Shown in pieces: positions 1 through 8,073 of a stretch of 24,000 bases of DNA; within the stretch, counting starts at the first letter, position 1, and each line of letters opens with the position of its first letter. The notes under the pieces are model-generated. The model was given only the letters and a program-made list of their open reading frames with translations, was not told the DNA's origin and did not search any database. The DNA comes from Labrys sp. La1 (lineage in GTDB: Bacteria; Pseudomonadota; Alphaproteobacteria; Rhizobiales; Labraceae): NCBI RefSeq assembly GCF_051161885.1, contig NZ_JBMDIH010000001.1, positions 1,925,777 through 1,949,776 of the forward strand. Reading direction: 5' to 3'. Both the position numbers and the translations under genes were made by a program.

Positions 1-984
1 GTGACGGGCGCCGAGCCGCGGCAAGGCAAGCCCGGCAAGTGGCCCGGCCACGATAGAGGCCAGAGGGATGGGCAATAGAAGCAGGCCAGCCTGCAAGGGG
101 GACAAGTTCCGCACCAATTGCAGATGCTGGCTGAACACCAGTTCCACGCCGATCAGGGTTGCCGAGGAGACCGTGGCCACGATGACGCCCGCGGCGAATT
201 CGGGGTTGCGGAACAAGCCGAAATCGATCAGCGGCGTCTCGCTCCGGCGCTGGCGCCGCCTGAACATGAGGAATGCCAGGGCGCCAATGAGCCCGGCGGC
301 AAGGGCGGCCTCCCAACTCGGCGAACGCTTGCCCAATTCCTTGATGGCATAGGCCGTGGCAATCAGCCCGACCATGATCTGGAGCGAACCGACGAAGTCC
401 CACGGATGGGTAGCCCGGCCCGGCCGATTTTCCAGCACCAGTCCGGCCGCCACCCAGGCGAGGATCACCACCGGAACGTTGATCAGGAAGACAGATCCCC
501 ACCAGAAGAATTCGAGCAGCAGACCGCCGAGCACCGGGCCGAAAGCCGCGCCGCTCGAAGCCACTGCCGCCCAGACGCCGATGGCGAAGGCCCTCTCCTT
601 CTCGTCGGCGAAGGTGACACGGATGATGGCGAGGGTCGCGGGCATCATCATGGCAGCGCCGACGGCTAGCAAAGCGCGGGCAACGATCAATATGACCGAG
701 CTCGGCGCGAAGGCCGCCAGCAGAGATGCCGCTCCGAAGCTGAGCAGGCCCGCCATGAACATCCGCTTGGAGCCGATGCGATCGCCCAGCGTGCCGCAGC
801 CCGGCAGCAAGCCGGCGACGACGAGAGGATAGGCATTGAGGATCCAGAGCTTTTCAGAGGCCGTTGCGGCCAGATCATGGGTCAGGCGTGGCAGCGCCGT
901 GTAAAGCACGGTCAGGTCGACGACGATGAGGAACAAGGCACTCGAAACGATTGCGAGAACCAGCCAGCGATTGTGATATGCCAT
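1..984 (-). CDS. MFS efflux transporter, DHA2/EmrB-QacA-like; only the N-terminal 328 codons are in the window
   Basis: It is absent from the ORF track because no stop codon lies inside the window. My own reverse-strand translation from the ATG at 984 reads MAYHNRWLVLAIVSSALFLIVVDLTVLYTALPRLTHDLAATASEKLWILNAYPLVVAGLLPGCGTLGDRIGSKRMFMAGL... and stays open to position 1. It shows the MFS motif-A loop (GTLGDRIGSKR) and consecutive hydrophobic helices. It is divergent from a TetR gene. Confidence 0.8.
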   Translation of the reverse strand, partial: MAYHNRWLVLAIVSSALFLIVVDLTVLYTALPRLTHDLAATASEKLWILNAYPLVVAGLLPGCGTLGDRIGSKRMFMAGLLSFGAASLLAAFAPSSVILIVARALLAVGAAMMMPATLAIIRVTFADEKERAFAIGVWAAVASSGAAFGPVLGGLLLEFFWWGSVFLINVPVVILAWVAAGLVLENRPGRATHPWDFVGSLQIMVGLIATAYAIKELGKRSPSWEAALAAGLIGALAFLMFRRRQRRSETPLIDFGLFRNPEFAAGVIVATVSSATLIGVELVFSQHLQLVRNLSPLQAGLLLLPIPLASIVAGPLAGLALPRLGARH

Positions 985-1057
985 TGGTCAAGTGTCAGTG
1001 TTGAAAGGAATCTTCCGCGCAAAGCGGACAGCTTGCCCACCGCACTCGCCGAATATA

Positions 1058-1071
1058 AATACATTCGTATT
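1058..1071. promoter_or_regulatory. Candidate TetR operator: inverted repeat AATAC-ATTC-GTATT in the 108-bp divergent intergenic region
   Basis: The repeat has perfect 5-bp arms with a 4-bp spacer. It lies between the MFS start (984) and the TetR start (about 1093). The arms are short, so a chance occurrence is plausible. Confidence 0.2.
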
Positions 1072-1092
1072 GAAACAAAAGAGAGAAGTGGT

Positions 1093-1641
1093 TTGGGCCG
1101 CCCCCGTAGCATTGATCGCAATCTGGTTCTTGATGCGGCAGAGGCCGTGGTGGCACGCATCGGACCTGCAGGGTTGAGCATCGACGCCGTCGCCAAGGAG
1201 GCCGGAATCACCAAAGGCGGGGTGCAATATTGCTTCGGCACCAAGGATGGCCTGCTGAAGGCCATGCTCGAGCGCTGGGCCGAGAGTTTCGACGCCGAGG
1301 TCGCCAGGATCGCGGCGAAACAGCCAGGCCCTCACGCCTTGGTACGGGCCTATGTCGAGGCCAATCGCCATGTCGACGACAAGGATGCCTCCCGTTCGGC
1401 CGCCATGCTGGCAACCCTGATCCAGAGCCCGGATCAACTGGCTGATACCCGCGCCTGGTACCGCCGCTATCTGACGGCGATCGACCCCTCTTCACCCGAA
1501 GGGCGCAAGGCTCGCCTGGCCTTTCTCGCCTCCGAAGGCATCTTCTTCCTGCACAGCTTTCAATTCGTGCAGATGACCGAAGCCGAATGGCAGGAGATTT
1601 TCGAAGACATACTGCGCCTGCTGCCGGACAAACCCGAATGA
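1093..1641 (+). CDS. TetR/AcrR family transcriptional regulator
   Basis: The N-terminal HTH is typical: GRPRSIDRNLVLDAAEAVVARIGPAGLSIDAVAKEAGITKGGVQYCFGTKDGLL. The track ORF start at 877 would overlap the divergent MFS gene by about 100 nt. I prefer the TTG at 1093, which is preceded by the purine-rich stretch AAAGAGAGAAGTGG. The start is uncertain and the stop is firm. Confidence 0.85.
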   Translation: MGRPRSIDRNLVLDAAEAVVARIGPAGLSIDAVAKEAGITKGGVQYCFGTKDGLLKAMLERWAESFDAEVARIAAKQPGPHALVRAYVEANRHVDDKDASRSAAMLATLIQSPDQLADTRAWYRRYLTAIDPSSPEGRKARLAFLASEGIFFLHSFQFVQMTEAEWQEIFEDILRLLPDKPE

Positions 1642-1645
1642 TTCC

Positions 1646-3082
1646 TCAGGGCGACGGCACGGCAAGCTGCGCTTTGTCGGCCGCGCCGCGCACGCTTCGC
1701 CCTGCTGTAACCAAGGCGAGGGCCGGCGCAGCGGAGAAGACGGCAAGCAGCCAGAACGCCGCGTTCGAGGTGCCGGCGATGCCGCCGGGGTCGGAGAGAC
1801 CGGCCAGATTGGCCACCATGCCCGCCAGGGCCGCACCGATGGCCGTCGCGAAAAGCTGAGTGGTGGTAATCGCGGCGGAGGCGATGTCGCGATCTTTTTC
1901 CGGCGCCAATTGCAGCACCCGTGTCAGCATATGCGGCCAGCCAAGGCCGACGCCGATGCCGACGACGGCGAGAGCGAGGCACAACAGGGCGATCGTCGGC
2001 CCCTCCCCGCCGCTGGCGGTTGGGATCAGCCAAACCAGGGCGAGCATGCCGGCGAACGCCACCAGGGGCGAGGCCATGATGGTGCGCGCAGCGTTGCGCC
2101 CCCGCTGCCCGGAACTGCCGATCGAGCCCACGGTCCAGCCGGCTGCCATCACGGCGGCAAGATAGCCGGCAATCAGGGGAGACTGGCCGTGCAGCACCTG
2201 GAGGAAGAGCGGGATGAACATCTCGCCTGTCGTTACCGCAATGGTGAGCAGCGACATGGTCGCGAAGGTCAGCGCCAGTGGTGCCGACAGGCGGAAGGAT
2301 CCGCGGGGCAGCAGCCGCTGCCCTGCCCGCGTTTCCACGGCAACCAAGGCGGCAAGCCCGACCAGGGCAATGACGATGCCGCCAAGATTCCAGGACAGAT
2401 CGGCCCGCACGCTGCCGGCGGAAACGGCAAGCACCGAAAGGCTCAGCAGAACCAGCTGAGCCAGGGGCGTGCGGGAGCCCTTGCTTTCTTCTCCCGATCG
2501 CGACGGCAGGACAGCCACGGCGATGCCACCGAACAGCCCCACCACCAGGATCATCGACCAGAAGGCGGCACGCCAGGCGCCGATCTCGGCGAAGATGCCG
2601 CCGATGGCCGGGCCGACCAGCGTGGCGACCCCCCACATGCCCGAAATCAACCCCATGGCCCGAGGCCATAAGGTTTCTGGAAAGACGATGCGGATCATGC
2701 CGTAGGACAGGGCGAACAGGAAACCGCCGCCGAGGCCCTGGATCGATCGGCCGATCAGCATCACCGGCATGCTGGGCGACAGGGCGCAGCCGAGCGTTCC
2801 GAAGGCGAACAGCAGAGCGGCCCAGCCATAGGCGCCCCGTGGACCACGGCTCCGCAGCAATCCGGGCGACAGTGCCGAGCCGATGATGGAGGCGACCACG
2901 AACAAGGTGGTGTTCCAGGCATAGTAGTCCAGCCCGCCAATATCGGAGACCACCGAAGGCAGGATAGTGGTAGCGACATAAACATTGATGGCATGCAGCC
3001 CGACACCGCCGGCCAGTGCGACCGACCGTATAGCGTTGCGGCCCGAGAACAACGCTCCCCACCCACCTTCCTGAGCCGACAT
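1646..3082 (-). CDS. MFS transporter, about 14 TMS, drug/H+ antiporter-like
   Basis: This is the 509-aa track ORF trimmed to the internal ATG at 3082 (MSAQEGGWGALFSGRNAIRSVALAGG...), which is preceded by GGAAGGAG. The protein is highly hydrophobic with many Gly/Ala/Leu helices across 478 aa. It is convergent with the TetR gene, with the two stops 4 nt apart. Confidence 0.85.
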   Translation of the reverse strand: MSAQEGGWGALFSGRNAIRSVALAGGVGLHAINVYVATTILPSVVSDIGGLDYYAWNTTLFVVASIIGSALSPGLLRSRGPRGAYGWAALLFAFGTLGCALSPSMPVMLIGRSIQGLGGGFLFALSYGMIRIVFPETLWPRAMGLISGMWGVATLVGPAIGGIFAEIGAWRAAFWSMILVVGLFGGIAVAVLPSRSGEESKGSRTPLAQLVLLSLSVLAVSAGSVRADLSWNLGGIVIALVGLAALVAVETRAGQRLLPRGSFRLSAPLALTFATMSLLTIAVTTGEMFIPLFLQVLHGQSPLIAGYLAAVMAAGWTVGSIGSSGQRGRNAARTIMASPLVAFAGMLALVWLIPTASGGEGPTIALLCLALAVVGIGVGLGWPHMLTRVLQLAPEKDRDIASAAITTTQLFATAIGAALAGMVANLAGLSDPGGIAGTSNAAFWLLAVFSAAPALALVTAGRSVRGAADKAQLAVPSP

Positions 3083-3525
3083 TGAAAAACTCCTTCCCGC
3101 GCAGCGCCGGGGACGGACGGGCAAGCCGCTCCTTTGGCCCAGGCGCGTTGGGTTTCGCAATAAAACAAGCAACAACTTTGATTATTGACGCCTCAACGAT
3201 ATGTCAAGGCCGGCCTTGGAAAACAGCACTTTGCCTCTCGGCCATCGTTATCGCCGGCATCCCGATTGTGCGCGGCGATGCGGAGATCACCACTGTCACG
3301 CGCAATGGCAAGACTCCGAATCGATCTGGCTCAAGCGCTGCACTTGCCATATCGAGCGGCTGCAAGGCTTGGCCTTCTCCTCCCGGTGCCGGCGACAGCA
3401 ACACCGTCACAGGCACCGCCGGGACCAGATACAGATGGTAAGCCGAATACCTCGCCACGGTCTTTATGCGGTGAGCGAAGAGCGTCGATTTTCCAACTTA
3501 TGAATTGACATATAGTGTAATTCGT

Positions 3526-3549
3526 TTTTCAAAGACAGGACTTTGAAAA
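3526..3549. promoter_or_regulatory. Perfect 9-bp inverted repeat TTTTCAAAG-N6-CTTTGAAAA, 55 nt upstream of the sodB start; candidate operator
   Basis: I read it directly from the sequence. A TTGACA hexamer lies at 3505-3510, just upstream. The stem is too AT-rich for a terminator. I cannot identify a binding factor. Confidence 0.25.
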
Positions 3550-3603
3550 CGGATTGCGCCGCCGGCTATGGCGAGCGTGGTCTTCCGATCCCGGAGAAAC
3601 ATC

Positions 3604-4212
3604 ATGGCCTTCACGCTTCCAACCCTGCCCTATGACATCAACGCCCTCGCCGCACGCGGCATGAGCCAGGAAACGCTCGAGCTCCATCACGGCAAGCACC
3701 ACCAGGCCTATGTCACCGCCCTCAACGGCTTCGTGGAAAAGGACGCCGCGCTGGCGGGCAAGACGCTCGAAGAGATCATCGCCCTGGTAAAGGACCGGCC
3801 CGAGGTGGCACCGGTATTCAACAATGCCGGGCAGCACTGGAACCACATCCACTTCTGGCAGGCGCTCAGCCCGAATGGCGGCGGCATCCCCGGCAAACTG
3901 CAGGCCAAGATCGATGCCGATCTCGGCGGCACCGATGCCTTCAAGGAAGCCTTCAAGACGGCGGCGATTACGCAGTTCGGCTCGGGCTGGGCTTGGCTGG
4001 TCGCGGGCGAGGACGGCAAGTTGAAGGTGACCAAGACGCCCAACGGCTCCAATCCGCTGGCCACCGGCGAAGGCACGCCCCTTCTCGGTCTCGACGTCTG
4101 GGAGCACAGCTATTATGTCGATTTTCGTAACCGCCGGCCGGATTATGTCGCGAACTTCCTCGACAAGCTGGCCAATTACGAGTTCGCGGAAGCCAATTTG
4201 GCCGCACTTTGA
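3604..4212 (+). CDS. sodB: Iron-type superoxide dismutase
   Basis: The sequence reads MAFTLPTLPYDINALA...LELHHGKHHQAYV...NNAGQHWNHIHFW...GSGWAWL...GLDVWEHSYYVDFRNRRPDY. The metal ligands and the N-domain Gln (AGQHWNH) are typical of Fe-SOD. GGAGAA lies 6 nt upstream of the ATG at 3604. Confidence 0.95.
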   Translation: MAFTLPTLPYDINALAARGMSQETLELHHGKHHQAYVTALNGFVEKDAALAGKTLEEIIALVKDRPEVAPVFNNAGQHWNHIHFWQALSPNGGGIPGKLQAKIDADLGGTDAFKEAFKTAAITQFGSGWAWLVAGEDGKLKVTKTPNGSNPLATGEGTPLLGLDVWEHSYYVDFRNRRPDYVANFLDKLANYEFAEANLAAL

Positions 4213-4253
4213 CGGCAGGCCGCGGTAGGTCGGGCGGACCGGGAGAAAGTGCC

Positions 4254-4856
4254 ATGCATGAGATCGACCGCTCTGCCACCGTTATCCCCATGCCATTGAC
4301 ACCGCCCAGCCGACCTCCCGTCGAACGACCGGAGTTCGCCGAGGCTATGTCGAGCCTGGCGGCAACGGTGTGCATCGTCGCCGGTTATTGGCAGGGCGAA
4401 CGCCAGGGACGCACGGCAACGGCCGTGCTCTCCCTTTCGGCCGAACCGCCTTCCCTTCTGGTTTCGATCGACCGGACATGCCGCCTGGCCGAGCTTATCC
4501 TTGCCTCGGGGCGTTTTTCCGTGACGATGCTGGCGAGCGACCAGGAGAACATCGCCGATGCCTTCGCCGGCAGGCTTGGCGGCATAGACCGCTTCGGTAT
4601 CGGTGAGTGGCAGAGTTGGGCGTCCGGCACCCCGCGTCTCTCCGCGGCCGCCGCCTCCCTCGACTGTGACTTGATCGGCAGCATGTCGATCCCCACCCAT
4701 CTCGTCGTCGCCGGCGCGATCGTCGGAACACAACTGGCACAGACGTCGGCCCCGCTGCTTTGGCACCGGCGGCAATATCATCGGCCGGCTCTGCTTTCAG
4801 AGATACCGCCCCTCTTCGCCGAGGAGCCCCAGCCATGGCCGACGCCGGCGGATTGA
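4254..4856 (+). CDS. Flavin reductase-like (FMN-binding split-barrel, HpaC/NtaB-type) domain protein
   Basis: The pattern EFAEAMSSLAATVCIVAG...GRTATAVLSLSAEPPSLLVSID...GRFSVTMLASDQENIADAFAG...PLLWHRRQYH matches the flavin-reductase domain layout. The ATG at 4254 is preceded by GGGAGAAAG. Confidence 0.75.
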   Translation: MHEIDRSATVIPMPLTPPSRPPVERPEFAEAMSSLAATVCIVAGYWQGERQGRTATAVLSLSAEPPSLLVSIDRTCRLAELILASGRFSVTMLASDQENIADAFAGRLGGIDRFGIGEWQSWASGTPRLSAAAASLDCDLIGSMSIPTHLVVAGAIVGTQLAQTSAPLLWHRRQYHRPALLSEIPPLFAEEPQPWPTPAD

Positions 4857-5170
4857 TTGCACGCCTGGAGCAGCAGATCGCCTCCGGGCGCGATAGTGCC
4901 CTCGCACGCTTCACGCTCGGGCGCACCCGGCTGGAACAGGGCGACCCGGCCGGGGCCATCCTGCACCTCGCGCGAGCCATAGCCCTGAAACCCGATTACG
5001 CCGCCGCCTACAAGCAGCTCGGCGCCGCCCATGCCAAAGCGGGGGATGCCCCGGCCGCCATCGCCGTCTGGAACAGAGGCTGTGCCGTTGCCCGGGAAAG
5101 CGGCGAGCTGCAGGCCTTGCGGGAAATGACGTCCCTGCTCGGCAAGTTGATGAGACGCCAGTCGGCCTGA
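4835..5170 (+). CDS. Small tetratricopeptide-repeat (TPR) protein
   Basis: TPR-like helical repeats are visible: ARFTLGRTRLEQGDPAGAILHLARAIALKPDYAAAYKQLGAAHAKAGDAPAAIAVWNRG. The ATG at 4835 has GAGGAG 9 nt upstream. It overlaps the flavin-reductase 3' end by 22 nt. Confidence 0.6.
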   Translation: MADAGGLIARLEQQIASGRDSALARFTLGRTRLEQGDPAGAILHLARAIALKPDYAAAYKQLGAAHAKAGDAPAAIAVWNRGCAVARESGELQALREMTSLLGKLMRRQSA

Positions 5171-5189
5171 ACCTTTCCATATCTCATCG

Positions 5190-6455
5190 CTACTTGGTGG
5201 CGGCGATCGCCTGCGTCGCCTCCTTGGGCGTGGCCCGCAAGGTGGCTGCCCAGAAGACCAGGGCGATCGCCGCGATGGTGGCGCCGAGCAGGCTGACGCC
5301 GGTCCAGCCGGCATAGGCATAGACCATGGTCGAGGATGACGATCCGATGGCGCTGCCGACCGAATAGAACACCATGTAGGCCGCGGTCAGCCGGCTCTGT
5401 GCCTCCGGCCGGACTCGGTAGATCATGCCCTGATTGGTGACATGCACGGCCTGGAGGCCGAAATCGATGACGAGAACGCCGAGAACCAGCCACAGGATCG
5501 AGTGAGGCAGCAACCCGATCGGTAACCAGGACAGCAGCATCAGGCCGAGCGCGATACCGGTCACGCGCTGCCCGAAACCCTTGTCGGTCCAGCGTCCTGC
5601 TCTGGAAGCTCCCAAGGCTCCGGCCGCGCCCGCCAAGCCGAACAGGCCGATCACGCTATGCGACAAGGAAAAGGGCGGTGCGCTCAACGGCATCACCAGT
5701 GGCGCCAGCAGCGTGGTGATATCGGCAAAGATCAGCATGGCGATGATGGCACGGATCCGCAGCACCGGCTCCTGCACGAACAAGGTGAAGAGAGAGCCGA
5801 TGAGCCGGGGATAGGTCAGGCGCTGCGCCGGACGCGGCTGCGGGGGCAGCATCTTCCACAAGGCCAGGACGATGACGAGCGTCGTCACGGCCGAGACGAC
5901 ATAGACCGTACGCCAGCCGGAGAGGTCGGTGAGTAAGCCGGCAATGGCGCGGGCGAGCAGGATGCCGAGCACGATGCCGCTGGTGACGATGCCGACCACC
6001 TCCCCCCGTGCCGATGGCCGCGCCAGACTGGCGGCATAGGCGACGAAGGCCTGGGTGACCACGGCCAGCAGGCCCATCGCGGTCATCGAGACGAGCAGCA
6101 TGGCGCCGCTGGAGGCAAAGGCGATCGAGACGAGAGCAAGGACGGAAAGCAGCGACTGGGCGATGACCAGCTTGCGTCGATCGACCAGATCCCCGATCGG
6201 CACGAGCAGGATGAGGCCGATGCCGTAACCGAGCTGGGTCGCGCCGACGATCAGGCCCGCGGTGGCCCGCGACAGGCCGAGATCGTCGGCCATGACGTCG
6301 AGCAAGGGGTGGGCGAAATAGGCATTGGCGACCGCAAGGCCGCTTGCCACGGCAAAAAGCAGAATGAGCGAGCGGGACAGCAGCACTGAGGGCTGCCTCG
6401 CCCCGGCATCCAGTGTCGCAGTGCCGGAGGGACCCAATTCCACGTCCGAAGGCAT
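5190..6455 (-). CDS. MFS transporter (12 TMS type)
   Basis: This is the track ORF 5190..6899 trimmed to the ATG at 6455 (MPSDVELGPSG...), with GGAG upstream. The motif-A-like loop is PIGDLVDRRKL and the protein is hydrophobic throughout. The longer N-terminal extension would run through the HxlR gene on the opposite strand. Confidence 0.85.
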   Translation of the reverse strand: MPSDVELGPSGTATLDAGARQPSVLLSRSLILLFAVASGLAVANAYFAHPLLDVMADDLGLSRATAGLIVGATQLGYGIGLILLVPIGDLVDRRKLVIAQSLLSVLALVSIAFASSGAMLLVSMTAMGLLAVVTQAFVAYAASLARPSARGEVVGIVTSGIVLGILLARAIAGLLTDLSGWRTVYVVSAVTTLVIVLALWKMLPPQPRPAQRLTYPRLIGSLFTLFVQEPVLRIRAIIAMLIFADITTLLAPLVMPLSAPPFSLSHSVIGLFGLAGAAGALGASRAGRWTDKGFGQRVTGIALGLMLLSWLPIGLLPHSILWLVLGVLVIDFGLQAVHVTNQGMIYRVRPEAQSRLTAAYMVFYSVGSAIGSSSSTMVYAYAGWTGVSLLGATIAAIALVFWAATLRATPKEATQAIAATK

Positions 6456-6563
6456 GGCAAACTCCATCTGAAGTAAGTTTAATAATGAAACCATTTGCCT
6501 CATAGGCGATAGGGTTTTATAATGCAACCGAAATTGTAGAGGCGCCCGGACACGGGTGAAACC

Positions 6564-7022
6564 ATGGTCAAGCGCAAGAGCCTTACCGAGGATTATTGTC
6601 CAAGCGCACGATCGCTCGACGTGATCGGTGACTGGTGGTCGCTGCTGATCGTGCGTGACGCCTTCGACGGGCTCACGCGCTTCGGCGAGTTTCAAAAGAG
6701 CCTCGGCATCGCCAAGAACATCCTGTCCGAGCGCCTGAAGACCCTGATCGCCCGGGGCATTCTTAAGTCCGCGCCGGCAGCGGATGGCGGCGCGCACCAG
6801 GAATATCACCTCACCGAGATGGGGCGGGATCTCTTCCCGGTGATGGTAGCCTTGCGCAAATTCGGCGAGGCCCATCTGTTCGCGCCCGGTGAGCCACATT
6901 CACGGCTGGTAGAGCGCGAGACCGGACAAACCATCCAGCTCGAGATCCGCACCAGCGACGGGCGTGCCGTCGACGCCAAGGATGCCGTCATCCTCAAGGT
7001 TCAGGAGGACGACACGGCGTGA
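6564..7022 (+). CDS. HxlR family winged-helix transcriptional regulator
   Basis: The signature CPSARSLDVIGDWWSLLIVRDAFDGLTRFGEFQKSLGIAKNILSERLKTLIARGIL is classic for HxlR. It is divergent from the MFS gene, with 108 bp between them. Confidence 0.9.
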   Translation: MVKRKSLTEDYCPSARSLDVIGDWWSLLIVRDAFDGLTRFGEFQKSLGIAKNILSERLKTLIARGILKSAPAADGGAHQEYHLTEMGRDLFPVMVALRKFGEAHLFAPGEPHSRLVERETGQTIQLEIRTSDGRAVDAKDAVILKVQEDDTA

Positions 7023-7097
7023 TGAGCAACCAGCGCGCTCGACCTTGCCCCTGGGGCCGCCTCGATAAGAGGATGGTCAGCCACCGAGGGGTGATTC

Positions 7098-8073
7098 ATG
7101 CCGGCATCAGTCCGTTTCCTCAATCCGTCCGAGGCCGCTAGGCGGCTGGGCGTCTCGACCAAGGCCCTGCGGCTCTATGAGGACAAGGGCTTGCTTGCCC
7201 CGCCGCGCACCGCAGCGGGCTGGCGTGTCTACGGGCCCGAGGAGATCGACAAGGCGGGGGAGATTGCCGCGTTGCGCAGGCTCGGCTTCACGCTTGCCGA
7301 GATCGCGCGGATCCTGAAGGGCGATAGCCGCGAGCGGATAGCAGCGCTCTCGGCGCGTCGAGGGGCCGTGCAGGATCGACTCAAAGGGCTTGCCGCAACG
7401 GCCACGACACTTGAAGCCCTCCAAAGCGACCTCGCCCATACTCCTGCGCTGGAGGTCGGGGATCTCATGCGGCGCTCTTCCCCGACCCGAGCTCCGGCCA
7501 TTGCCTTCGACCTGCCCTGGCCCTGGGGCGGCGAACGCTTCGAGATGCAGGACGTCAGGTCGCTGACCTACATCATCGGCCCGCTCGGCAGCGGCAAGAC
7601 CCGACTGGCACTGCGCTTGGCCGAAACCCTGCCGAATGCCGCCTTTCTCGGCCTGGAGCGCGTATCCGACACGGCTCCATTGCGGGAAGGTTTGGCAACC
7701 GATCGGGCTCTTCGCGATCGCGTCGAGCCGATCCTCGCGCACCTCGCTCACCATGGCGCCGAGATGTCCGATGCCCTAACGGCACTGGTCATCGGCCTGG
7801 CAGAAGAAGGCCCCGCCTTTCTTGTCATCGACATGATCGAGCAGGGATTGGACGACCCGGTCACATGCCATTCCGGACCTGGCAACGGCCGGCGAGGAGG
7901 CGGCCATCATCCTATGTCCCGCCAATCACAGCCCTCCCTCGCTGGTCGTTCGCGTTCCAGGTTTTCCCGGTTACGAAGCGGTTGCGACATGCCTCGCTTC
8001 GCCGATGGTGCGGGCGCGCACGGAGGGCGTCATCGCCTGGAGGCCCGGTGCAAGCGGTCCTTCACCGGCCTAA
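7098..8073 (+). pseudogene. MerR-family HTH fused to a P-loop (ABC/SMC-like) ATPase, apparently frameshifted at about 7837-7870
   Basis: Frame 0 carries the MerR HTH (LNPSEAARRLGVSTKALRLYEDKGLL), a Walker A motif (GPLGSGKT) and a Walker-B-like motif (FLVIDMIEQGLD). After about 7860 it degenerates into Arg/Gly/Ser-rich text and overlaps bioR by 200 nt. Frame +1 from 7855 reads TRSHAIPDLATAGEEAAIILCPANHSPPSLVV...EGVIAWRPGASGPSPA and stops at TAA 8071-8073. Confidence 0.55.

Noticed and set aside
3204-3458. The 84-aa minus-strand ORF, and the overlapping plus-strand ORFs at 3082-3441, 3185-3508 and 3201-3503, considered as genes.
   Set aside because: The minus-strand ORF has a GTG start without an SD. 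None of these ORFs has a recognisable motif, and they exclude one another by overlap. I kept the region only as a finding for follow-up.
6456-6899. N-terminal extensions proposed by the longest-ORF track: 5190-6899 for the MFS gene, 877 for TetR, 3175 for the second MFS, 8806 for bioB, 9813 for bioF and 4209 for the flavin reductase.
   Set aside because: The extensions overlap neighbouring genes or operator regions, lack family-like sequence, and contain internal starts with good SD sequences at the positions where homology-like sequence begins.
7837-7870. Programmed ribosomal frameshifting in the MerR-ATPase gene.
   Set aside because: I see no recognisable slippery heptamer or stimulatory structure at the junction. 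An indel or sequencing error is the simpler explanation.
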